A stretch of 64,000 bases of DNA, taken from Bacteroidota bacterium. Its GTDB lineage: Bacteria; Bacteroidota; Bacteroidia; Bacteroidales; FEN-979. Below the pieces are notes generated by a model. It did not search any database and was not told the DNA's origin. It worked only from the letters and a program-made list of their open reading frames with translations. The position numbers were made by a program, and so were the translations under genes. Location: positions 2,531 through 66,530 of the forward strand of contig JBAXIO010000009.1 in the NCBI GenBank assembly GCA_037138335.1, read 5' to 3'. Positions 56,494 through 64,000 of the stretch are shown here, piece after piece (position 1 is the first letter of the stretch; each line of letters begins with the position of its first letter).

Positions 56494-57786
56494 TCAGAGG
56501 ATCATCCCGGCAGCAACGGTTTCATTTGTTGCTTCATCGATCAGGATAATACTCCCGCTTTGCCTGTTCACGGTGTAAGGATCAAAGAAAAGAGGTTTGG
56601 TTGTACGCAGGTGGATGCGCCCGATTTCGTTCATGGCCAGGCTGGTGCGCCGGGGGATTTGTCCCAGGGTATTGATGTTGAGGACAAAGTCTATTTTATC
56701 AATGACACAGCGCACATCCCTCGAATTATTTTTCAGGGCATATTTCCCGTTAAGCTGCATGGGTTTCGGGTTCATCCAGCAAATCATACAATCAAATTCC
56801 GAAGCTGCCTTGGGCAGGTCACCGGCTCCGGCAATCATATCCCCCCGGCTGATATCGATATCATCATCTAAAAGCAGGGTGACGCTCATGGGGGGAAATG
56901 CTTCATCCAGGGGGCCGTTGAAGGTATCAATCTGCCTTATCCTGGTCTTGATCCCGGCCGGGAGCACCATGACCTCATCGCAGGGATGAAAAATTCCTCC
57001 TGCAATTCGGCCCGCATACCCCCTGTAATCATGGTATTTATCCGATTCGGGCCGTATGACATACTGTACAGGGAAGCGCTGGTGTATCATGTCGTGGTCC
57101 TGGTCGATAGGAATGGTTTCAAGGGTTTCAAGCAGGGTGCTGCCGTTATACCATTCCATTTTTTGCGAAGGTTTCACCACGTTATCGCCCTTCAGGGCGC
57201 TTATGGGTATAAAACGCAGGTCCTCACCCGGCAGTACTTTTGCGACGAATGCGTTGAAATCGGCCTTTATCTTTTCGAATACTTCCTCGCTGTAATCAAG
57301 GAGGTCCATTTTATTAATGCATACCACTATATGCGGGATGCCCAGCAGGTAAGCGATATAAGCATGACGGTAGGTTTGTTCTATGACCCCGTTTCGTGCA
57401 TCGATGAGGATGATGGCTGCATTTGCGGTAGAAGCGCCTGTGACCATATTCCGGGTATACTGTATATGCCCCGGTGTATCGGCAATGATGAACTTTCGGT
57501 TGGGCGTGGCAAAATACCGGTAGGCTACGTCGATAGTGATGCCTTGTTCGCGTTCGGCCCTTAAGCCGTCGGTAAACAGCGCCAGGTTAAGGTGTTCGCT
57601 CCCTTTTTGCACGCTGGCCCGTTTAACAGCATCCAGCTGGTCCTCAAAAAGCGACTTGCTGTCGTACAGCAGCCTACCGATGAGGGTGCTTTTCCCGTCG
57701 TCGACGCTGCCCGCCGTGGTAAACCGCAGCAGTTGCATGTTCAGGTAACCCTTGCTTGAGAAATCGGCTTCTTCGGTTGCTGTCAT
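56494..57786 (-). CDS. cysN: Sulfate adenylyltransferase subunit 1 (GTPase)
   Basis: LRFTTAGSVDDGKSTLIGRLL (G1), DTPGH (G3), NKMD (G4). No APS-kinase extension. Start chosen at ATG 57786 (MTATEE), 28 nt after the cysD stop; the longer ORF start at 57873 would overlap cysD by 59 nt. Confidence 0.92.
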   Translation of the reverse strand: MTATEEADFSSKGYLNMQLLRFTTAGSVDDGKSTLIGRLLYDSKSLFEDQLDAVKRASVQKGSEHLNLALFTDGLRAEREQGITIDVAYRYFATPNRKFIIADTPGHIQYTRNMVTGASTANAAIILIDARNGVIEQTYRHAYIAYLLGIPHIVVCINKMDLLDYSEEVFEKIKADFNAFVAKVLPGEDLRFIPISALKGDNVVKPSQKMEWYNGSTLLETLETIPIDQDHDMIHQRFPVQYVIRPESDKYHDYRGYAGRIAGGIFHPCDEVMVLPAGIKTRIRQIDTFNGPLDEAFPPMSVTLLLDDDIDISRGDMIAGAGDLPKAASEFDCMICWMNPKPMQLNGKYALKNNSRDVRCVIDKIDFVLNINTLGQIPRRTSLAMNEIGRIHLRTTKPLFFDPYTVNRQSGSIILIDEATNETVAAGMIL

Positions 57787-57814
57787 TATTTTTTTTTGTC
57801 TGCGGATGATATTC

Positions 57815-58720
57815 TCAGAAATACCCTTCTTTTTTCCTGTCTTCCATGGCGGCATCCGAACGCTTATCGTCATACCGTCCGCCCCTCTCGGTTACCCTTG
57901 TAGCCGCTATTTCCCTGATGATATCCTCAAGGTTATCCGCAGTCGACAATACTAATCCCGTGCATGAGATATCGCCTACGGTGCGGCAGCGCACCCTTAA
58001 TTTTTCGGCCTTTTCAGCCGGTTTCATAGCCATGAAAGGGGCTTTGGCCAGGTAGATGCCGTCGCGGAAGAAAACCTCCCTTTCGTGGGTGAAATACAGG
58101 CTGGGAAGTTCAATATTTTCCTGGAGTATGTATTGCCATACATCCATTTCGGTCCAGTTGCTGATGGGGAACACCCTGAAATGCTCGCCCATTCTCTTTT
58201 TCCCGTTGAAGATATTCCAGAGTTCAGGCCTTTGGTTTTTGGGATCCCACTGCCCGAATTCATCACGGTGGGAAAAGAATCTTTCCTTGGCCCTTGCTTT
58301 CTCCTCATCCCTGCGGCCCCCGCCAATGGCTGCATCGAATTTGTATTTCTCGATAGTGTCGAGCAGGGTCACGGTCTGGAGTACGTTGCGGCTTGCATTG
58401 ATGCCTTTTTCTTCAACCACCCTGCCTGTGTCGATCGATTCCTGCACGGAGCCAACAACAAGCCTGGCGTTGAACTTTTTCACCAGGTCATCGCGGAAAG
58501 TTATGGCTTCTTCAAAATTATGGCCTGTATCGATATGGAGCAATGGGAAAGGAAAAGCGGCTGGATGAAAGGCTTTCCTGGAAAGATGCACCAGAACGAT
58601 GGAATCTTTGCCTCCCGAGAACAACAGGGCAGGCCGTTCAAACTGGGCGGCGACTTCCCTTAATACATAGATGGCTTCCGACTCAAGCTCCCTGAGATGC
58701 GTTAAATTATAGTCCTTCAT
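57815..58720 (-). CDS. cysD: Sulfate adenylyltransferase subunit 2
   Basis: LRELESEAIYVLREVAAQFERPALLFSGGKDSIVLVHL (PP-loop SGGKDS). 301 aa. Confidence 0.95.
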   Translation of the reverse strand: MKDYNLTHLRELESEAIYVLREVAAQFERPALLFSGGKDSIVLVHLSRKAFHPAAFPFPLLHIDTGHNFEEAITFRDDLVKKFNARLVVGSVQESIDTGRVVEEKGINASRNVLQTVTLLDTIEKYKFDAAIGGGRRDEEKARAKERFFSHRDEFGQWDPKNQRPELWNIFNGKKRMGEHFRVFPISNWTEMDVWQYILQENIELPSLYFTHEREVFFRDGIYLAKAPFMAMKPAEKAEKLRVRCRTVGDISCTGLVLSTADNLEDIIREIAATRVTERGGRYDDKRSDAAMEDRKKEGYF

Positions 58721-58735
58721 TCCTTCCCTTCAGGC

Positions 58736-61222
58736 TTAGGCTTTGCCGAAAATTTTCTGCAGCATTGATTTTTTCTTCTTAGACGAGGTTTTGTCATCGG
58801 AATAATAGCCGTACCCATAACCATAACCGTATCCGTAGCCGTAGCCGTAACCATAGCCGTAGCCATAACCGTAACCGTAACCGTAGCCATATCCATATGA
58901 ACTTCGGGTGAGTTTAACGTCGTTGACCAGGATGGCCAGGCCGGGGATATTGCGTTTTTCCATATCCCTGATAATGGTTGCAAAGATTTTTTTATGCGTA
59001 TAGTTCTGCCTGACCAGGAAAAGGTTGGCATCGGCAAATTTCATCAGGAGAGAGGCATCAGTCACAAGTCCGACGGGGGGTGTGTCAATGATGATATAGT
59101 CATAGATCTCCTTCAGCCTGACAAACATTTCGGCACATCGGGGCGAAGCAATAAGTTCTGCAGGGTTTGGAGGGACAGGGCCGGCCATGATGATATCGAG
59201 GTTGTCAATCCCCGAAAACTGAATGATGTCTTCCAGCTTGCTTTTATTAATCAGGTAAGAAGAAACCCCCTCCGAATTGGTGAGGCCGAAGTCCTGGTAG
59301 ATCTTTGGTTTACGAAGGTCAAATCCCATCAGCAGGGTTTTCCTCCCGTACATTGCATAGATGGAAGCCAGGTTAATGGAAGTAAATGTTTTACCGGCAC
59401 TTACCATATCGGCTGTCACAAGCACTGTGATCCTTTCTTTGCCCTGGAGGAGGTACTGGAGATTCGTACGCACCGAGCGGAATGACTCTGCAATGGTTGA
59501 TTTAGGCGAGTCGATGACAACGATATCATTCTTTTTGTCGGAATGTATGATATGCCCGACGATAGGCAGATTGGTGATCTTTTCAATATCCTCCCGTTCC
59601 ATGATCTTGTCGTTGAAATAATCCTTGCCTAAAATATATATGACAGGAAGGATGATCCCGAGGATAAGGGCAATGATATAATTCAGGCTTTTCTTCGGAA
59701 AAACAGGGCTGGAACCACCCATGGCTGCATCAACAACTTCATTGTCGGAGAGGTTTGAAGCCTGTGTGATCTGGGCCTCCGACCGTTTTTGCAACAGGAA
59801 GGTATAAATGGCATCGGTGAGTTTAAACCTGCGTTCAATGCCGAACAGGACACGCTGGGTCTCGGGCAGGGTGCTGATCTTCGATGTGTATTGGGACACG
59901 CGGTCGTTGATTTCTTTCAGTGCAATGTTGTTGGTATTTATGGCACTTTTTATATTCTCAACCAAGGCGTTTTTAATAGTGGCGATCTGCTGGTCGATTG
60001 AGAGCAGGGTCGGGTTTTTGCCTTTCGAGTATTGTGATATCTCGGTACGTTTCGTATAGAGGTCGGTAAGCTTCATGGTAAGGTCGTTGAGCATGGGGTT
60101 CTCAACTCCCATCGAAGCCGGGACAACAAGCTCATCGAGTTTCTGGTTTTTTTCCAGGTATTGGGCAAGATTGGTAAGGTATTTCGACTGAACCATCAAA
60201 ACTGCTTTTTCATCCTGGAGTTCCATCATTTTGTCAAAAACCTGTTTGCTCACGTCATCAAGGTTCATGACTTCCTTGGTAGTGCGGAAAACCTCGAGGG
60301 CCTTTTCGGTAGAATGAAGTGTGTCGCTGATATCCTGCAGTTCGCTGTCGATAAAATTAATGGTGCGGCCTGCGACCAGGTTTTTACGCTCCAGGTCTTT
60401 GGCCAGGTATTCCCTTAGGAGTGCATTCAGGAAATCGACCAGTTTGGTCACGTTTCCGCCTTTAAGCTTGAGTTCAACAATGGATGCTTCCTTGTTGATG
60501 GGTTCCAGGCTGAATCCTTTGAACTGTGTTACGAGGGATTCATAATCGTTGAGCATGAAATAAAAAGTTTTGCTGAGATCCTTCTTGGGATTGAACAAAG
60601 GCGTAAGCAATAACCTGAAGCGGAAATTATTCCCCTGGACCCATTTCCCGAATTCATAGTTCTCATCAACAGCAACCCTTTCTTTGCGCCCAACAATTTT
60701 CTCTTTTTTCGAGAAATTATAGAATCCGATCTCCTCTTCTTTTGCTTCGAGGCGGTATTTGCCGTTCGGGTTTATTGAAACATTGAAACGCATATTAAAC
60801 GGCTGGGGATATGCGGTATCCATTTCAACAGTAAAAGGGGTATCCTTGTAAAGTTCCTTGCCTATGAAATTTTCCTCGCTGAAATATGAAACTTCGAATC
60901 CGATCTTGGTAACAGTACGGTAGGTAAGAGTGTAAGAAGACAGGACCCCGATCTCGTTCTGGAGGTTCTGCATGTTGTTAAGGCCCCCCAGCCCCATGAT
61001 AGCCTGGGCGTTAAGCTTGTTTTCAGATTTGTCCTTGATCAGGATGGCAGTTTTAACTTCATAAACCGGGCTGGTGTATTTGTTAAAAATGAAAGCAATG
61101 ATCAGGGCAATAAACACCGTGATTGCAAAGAAATACCAGTAACGGTAAAATTTATAAAGCAGTACTTTATAGTCGACCGACTGTTGTTGCTGCTGCTGGA
61201 AGTCCTGGAGATTATCGTTCAC
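58736..61222 (-). CDS. Polysaccharide biosynthesis tyrosine autokinase (Wzc-like: Wzz/GumC periplasmic domain + BY-kinase P-loop domain + Tyr-rich tail)
   Basis: Two TM helices flank a long coiled-coil periplasmic region. Walker A VSAGKTF, Walker A' LLMGFDLRKP, Walker B IIIDTPPVG. C-terminal (YG)15YY followed by a basic tail. Confidence 0.9.
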   Translation of the reverse strand: MNDNLQDFQQQQQQSVDYKVLLYKFYRYWYFFAITVFIALIIAFIFNKYTSPVYEVKTAILIKDKSENKLNAQAIMGLGGLNNMQNLQNEIGVLSSYTLTYRTVTKIGFEVSYFSEENFIGKELYKDTPFTVEMDTAYPQPFNMRFNVSINPNGKYRLEAKEEEIGFYNFSKKEKIVGRKERVAVDENYEFGKWVQGNNFRFRLLLTPLFNPKKDLSKTFYFMLNDYESLVTQFKGFSLEPINKEASIVELKLKGGNVTKLVDFLNALLREYLAKDLERKNLVAGRTINFIDSELQDISDTLHSTEKALEVFRTTKEVMNLDDVSKQVFDKMMELQDEKAVLMVQSKYLTNLAQYLEKNQKLDELVVPASMGVENPMLNDLTMKLTDLYTKRTEISQYSKGKNPTLLSIDQQIATIKNALVENIKSAINTNNIALKEINDRVSQYTSKISTLPETQRVLFGIERRFKLTDAIYTFLLQKRSEAQITQASNLSDNEVVDAAMGGSSPVFPKKSLNYIIALILGIILPVIYILGKDYFNDKIMEREDIEKITNLPIVGHIIHSDKKNDIVVIDSPKSTIAESFRSVRTNLQYLLQGKERITVLVTADMVSAGKTFTSINLASIYAMYGRKTLLMGFDLRKPKIYQDFGLTNSEGVSSYLINKSKLEDIIQFSGIDNLDIIMAGPVPPNPAELIASPRCAEMFVRLKEIYDYIIIDTPPVGLVTDASLLMKFADANLFLVRQNYTHKKIFATIIRDMEKRNIPGLAILVNDVKLTRSSYGYGYGYGYGYGYGYGYGYGYGYGYGYGYGYYSDDKTSSKKKKSMLQKIFGKA
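58802..58897 (-). repeat. Coding (Tyr-Gly)x15 + Tyr-Tyr repeat at the C-terminus of the autokinase
   Basis: Minus-strand codons: TAT GGA TAT GGC TAC GGT TAC GGT TAC GGT TAT GGC TAC GGC TAT GGT TAC GGC TAC GGC TAC GGA TAC GGT TAT GGT TAT GGG TAC GGC TAT TAT. Synonymous codons vary between units. Confidence 0.95.
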
Positions 61223-61240
61223 AAAAGATAGGTTTACAGT

Positions 61241-62065
61241 TTACAATGACTTTGCATAGGTGATCAGAAGCAGTCCTGTTGATATGGCAGCAATTACGAT
61301 TGCCCAGGGGAAGGTTGAACCCAGTCCCCAGCGCTTGTAGCCCAGGGGCTGAATGTAAATGATATCGTTGGGCTGAAGGTAAAACTGGTCAGATTTTAGG
61401 AAGCTGTCGGAAGTCATATCCAGGGTGAATACCCTTGAACCTCCCGGTGTCTGGCGGATCAGGTGGACCTTGCTCCTGTTGCCGAATTCGGTAATATCAT
61501 TGGCCAGTGAGATTGCTTCGAAAAAATTGATCTTATCGGCATAGATGGTGAACTCGCCTGGACGCACCACCTCTCCCAGGATAGTGATCTTGAAGTTAAC
61601 CATTTTTACAACCACAACCGTTTCTTTGAGGTACTCATCCACCATTTTCTGAAGTACGTCTTTCACCTGGGAAACAGTAAGGTCTTTGATCATTATTCGC
61701 CCCACGACAGGAAAATCGATATACCCGTCAGGGCTGACCGAATAAGAATTCAGGTAGATGCTGGCATCGTTGGCGTAATCGTTGTAATTGCTTGAACCTG
61801 ATTGCTTGTTAAAAAATTGATTGCTTTTTTCGTCCAGTGTAAACAGTTTTATATACACATTATCCCTGGGCTGTATCCTGTAGTCAGGCGGATGTTTATG
61901 GGTATACTGGCTGGCAGTATCTTTCTCCTGCTGCTTCTGCAGATAGAGGATCTTTTTTTGAGGGACACAGGAAGAAAAGATGATGGTAATTGAAAGGAGC
62001 AGGAAAGCTGCCCGGGTAAGCATTTTAAGCGTATGCTTCATATATTGCTGGAATTGAGGGTGCAA
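61241..62065 (-). CDS. Polysaccharide export outer-membrane lipoprotein (Wza-like: Poly_export + SLBB)
   Basis: Lipobox IIFSSC. YRIQPRDNVYIKLF (Poly_export start) and an SLBB-like segment GEFTIYADKINFFEAISLANDITEFGNRSKVHLIRQ. The true start may be an internal Met. Confidence 0.85.
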   Translation of the reverse strand: MHPQFQQYMKHTLKMLTRAAFLLLSITIIFSSCVPQKKILYLQKQQEKDTASQYTHKHPPDYRIQPRDNVYIKLFTLDEKSNQFFNKQSGSSNYNDYANDASIYLNSYSVSPDGYIDFPVVGRIMIKDLTVSQVKDVLQKMVDEYLKETVVVVKMVNFKITILGEVVRPGEFTIYADKINFFEAISLANDITEFGNRSKVHLIRQTPGGSRVFTLDMTSDSFLKSDQFYLQPNDIIYIQPLGYKRWGLGSTFPWAIVIAAISTGLLLITYAKSL

Positions 62066-62188
62066 AATTAAGGAATTTCAGGCAAAACTAAAAAAATGCG
62101 TGAAACATCCTAAAATTTTCATGACAATATCTTATTTTGATGCCAGGGTGCCGGATGTCAGATTACTGAAATTCAGTTAGTCATGATC

Positions 62189-63523
62189 TTAACAGGCTTC
62201 CCCAATCAAAGTAGCCGAAGTGGCCCTTTTAATGCATACATTTAGGTATTCCCCCGGCTTTCGGGCTGTTTTTGGGAAAACCACAACTTTATTTTGGGAG
62301 TTCCTGCCGAAGTATTGTTTATCGGAACGTTTTGATTCTCCTTCTACCAGGACCTCGAAGGTTTCGCCAAGGTCCCTGTGGTTGCTGGCCGATGAAAGTT
62401 CCTGCTGAAGCCCTATGATCTCCCTTAGCCTTCTTTCCTTGACTTCTGCAGGTACGTTATCATCGTATTGTTCCGCTGCAATCGTTTGGGGCCTTTCCGA
62501 ATATTTAAATGTGAAGGCTGAGTCGAAAGCAGCTTCCCTCATCAATTCAAGTGTTTGCTGATGATCTTCCTCGGTCTCGCCGCAAAATCCGGTAATGATA
62601 TCGGTGGATATCGCGCATCCCGGGATGCTGTTGCGGATAGCCCGGATCTTCCCGAGGTATTCTTCCCGGGTATATTTCCGGTTCATTTTATCAAGTACGG
62701 CATTGCTGCCGCTTTGGACGGGCAGGTGTATGGCTTTGCAGATGTTGGGATATTTTGCAATTATATTGATCACATCATCGCCCAGGTCTTTGGGATGCGA
62801 GGTGGCAAAGCGGACCCTTAACTTCTGATCGAGAACCGCGATCCGTTCAAGAAGGCCCGGAAAGTCCATTGTCCCTTTCCCATCTTTCCACAGGTAGGAA
62901 TTCACATTTTGCCCGAGCAGGGTCACTTCCCTGAATCCCTGCAGAAACAGGTCTTTCGCTTCGCGGATCACCGATTCCGGATCCCGGCTTCGTTCCTGGC
63001 CGCGGGCATAAGGAACCACGCAGTAGGAACAGAAATTCTCGCATCCGCGCATAATGGAAATGAAAGCAGAAACCCCGTTGGAATCAAGCCTTACAGGGTG
63101 TATGTCAGCATATGTTTCATCTGCTGAAAGGATTGTGTCTATTGCCGTTTGACCTGAACCGGCCTGTTCAAGAAGCCCGGGAAGGTGACGGTAGGAGTCA
63201 GGACCGGCAATGATGTCGAGCAGCTGTTCCTCTTCCATCAGGGCAATTTTTGTCCTTTCGGCCATGCAGCCCAGCAGCCCGATGGTAAGACCCGGTTTTT
63301 TCCTTTTCAGTGAACGAAAATAATGCAGGCGTTTCCTTACCCTTTCCTCGGCATGCTCCCTGATTGAACAGGTGTTGAGTAAGACGATATCAGCTTCGAG
63401 AAGGTCCTGGCAGGCCTCGAACCCTTCAGCTTTAAGTATGGAGGCAACGATCTCACTGTCAGAGAAGTTCATCTGGCAGCCGTAGGTTTCTATATGGAAT
63501 TTCCGGGCTTTTTTTTCTGTCAT
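62189..63523 (-). CDS. miaB: tRNA-2-methylthio-N6-isopentenyladenosine synthase (radical SAM methylthiotransferase)
   Basis: UPF0004 domain KFHIETYGCQMNFSDSE, radical SAM cluster motif CENFCSYCVVPYARG, and a C-terminal TRAM domain. Confidence 0.88.
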   Translation of the reverse strand: MTEKKARKFHIETYGCQMNFSDSEIVASILKAEGFEACQDLLEADIVLLNTCSIREHAEERVRKRLHYFRSLKRKKPGLTIGLLGCMAERTKIALMEEEQLLDIIAGPDSYRHLPGLLEQAGSGQTAIDTILSADETYADIHPVRLDSNGVSAFISIMRGCENFCSYCVVPYARGQERSRDPESVIREAKDLFLQGFREVTLLGQNVNSYLWKDGKGTMDFPGLLERIAVLDQKLRVRFATSHPKDLGDDVINIIAKYPNICKAIHLPVQSGSNAVLDKMNRKYTREEYLGKIRAIRNSIPGCAISTDIITGFCGETEEDHQQTLELMREAAFDSAFTFKYSERPQTIAAEQYDDNVPAEVKERRLREIIGLQQELSSASNHRDLGETFEVLVEGESKRSDKQYFGRNSQNKVVVFPKTARKPGEYLNVCIKRATSATLIGEAC

Positions 63524-63636
63524 ATATCACCTTTCACTCTAAGGCGGATTAAGGATTAAAATGGGCACAAAGGTACGTATTATGTTAATTGTCGTACTTT
63601 TGTACCCGGATTGGAATTTGAAATCCAGTGCTAAAT

Positions 63637-64000
63637 ATGACGAAAAACTTAGTGATTGTTGAGTCTCCCGCGAAAGCAAAGACGATTGGCGGATTCCTTG
63701 GGAGCGAATTTACGGTGAAATCATGCATGGGGCATGTTGCAGATCTTTCGAAGAAGGATCTAGGGGTGGATGTAAATAAGGGATTTGAACCGAAATACAT
63801 TGTTTCTCCGGACAAAAAAAAGATTGTAGGCGAACTCAAGAAACTGGCCCAGGACAGTGAATGTGTTTGGCTGGCGTCTGACGAGGACCGCGAAGGAGAA
63901 GCCATTGCATGGCACCTCATGGAAACCCTCGGGTTGAAAAAGGAGACCACACGGCGGATTGCTTTTCATGAAATTACCAGGTCGGCCATTCTCGAAGCTA
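63637..64000 (+). CDS. topA: DNA topoisomerase I, N-terminal Toprim part (3'-partial, runs off the window)
   Basis: My own translation from ATG 63637: MTKNLVIVESPAKAKTIGGFLGSEFTVKSCMGHVADL...WLASDEDREGEAIAWHL...FHEITRSAILEA. These are the canonical type IA Toprim motifs (VESPAKA, DxDREGE). Not in the ORF track because there is no stop inside the window. Confidence 0.93.
   Translation, partial: MTKNLVIVESPAKAKTIGGFLGSEFTVKSCMGHVADLSKKDLGVDVNKGFEPKYIVSPDKKKIVGELKKLAQDSECVWLASDEDREGEAIAWHLMETLGLKKETTRRIAFHEITRSAILEA

Noticed and set aside
58717-59037. 106-aa ORF in an alternate frame over the (YG)n region (…VTVTVMATAMVTATATDTVMVMGTA…).
   Set aside because: It is a frame-shifted reading of the YG repeat inside the autokinase gene. 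The kinase frame carries the Walker motifs.
1-64000. A search for a defence island, prophage, integrative element, toxin-antitoxin pair, DGR or retron.
   Set aside because: There is no integrase, transposase, reverse transcriptase, nuclease/helicase pair, tRNA attachment site or flanking direct repeats. The gene content is housekeeping, envelope and metabolic. The only TA-like hint, the small RHH gene, has no toxin-like partner.

Overview
The window looks like a chromosomal core segment of a Bacteroidota genome, probably an anaerobe. Three proteins end in type IX secretion (T9SS) C-terminal sorting domains. Gene starts lack Shine-Dalgarno sequences and sit in A-rich leaders, and a TAnnTTTG-type -7 box is visible. 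I count about 52 protein-coding genes, tightly packed.

Main content:
- Housekeeping genes: cysS, tyrS, lysS, recO, miaB, topA (3' partial), cysDN and tdh.
- A LytS/LytTR two-component pair and a large PAS-rich hybrid histidine kinase.
- A Pat-like acyl-CoA synthetase/GNAT fusion, followed by an operon of acyl-CoA dehydrogenase, fused isobutyryl-CoA mutase (IcmF), butyrate kinase and an MBL-fold hydrolase.
- A nine-gene TetR-TolC-HlyD-ABC efflux operon carrying two extra accessory genes.
- Two lytic transglycosylases.
- A PorZ-like T9SS protein.
- A Wza-like/Wzc-like polysaccharide export pair that runs directly into cysDN.

I found no rRNA, tRNA, CRISPR array, transposase, integrase, phage genes or recognisable defence system, so I cannot point to a classical accessory island.

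The most unusual signal is at the DNA level. Degenerate tandem arrays of 7-10 nt units recur at gene boundaries and in spacers (39760-39829, 26206-26245, 24543-24598, 19612-19641 and smaller ones). One 15-unit heptanucleotide array is embedded in frame in the IcmF interdomain linker (15611-15715), which gives the protein a 7-residue periodicity.

Other points worth follow-up:
- A 58-aa Arc-like gene missed by the ORF track, sitting between an SPFH gene and a secreted hydrolase.
- A butyrate kinase with no phosphotransbutyrylase partner in its operon.
- A (YG)15YY tail on the tyrosine autokinase.
- A membrane-domain/cytidylate-kinase-like fusion.
- The two accessory genes wired into the ABC efflux operon.

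All functional calls come from motifs I can read in the translations. No database search was run.
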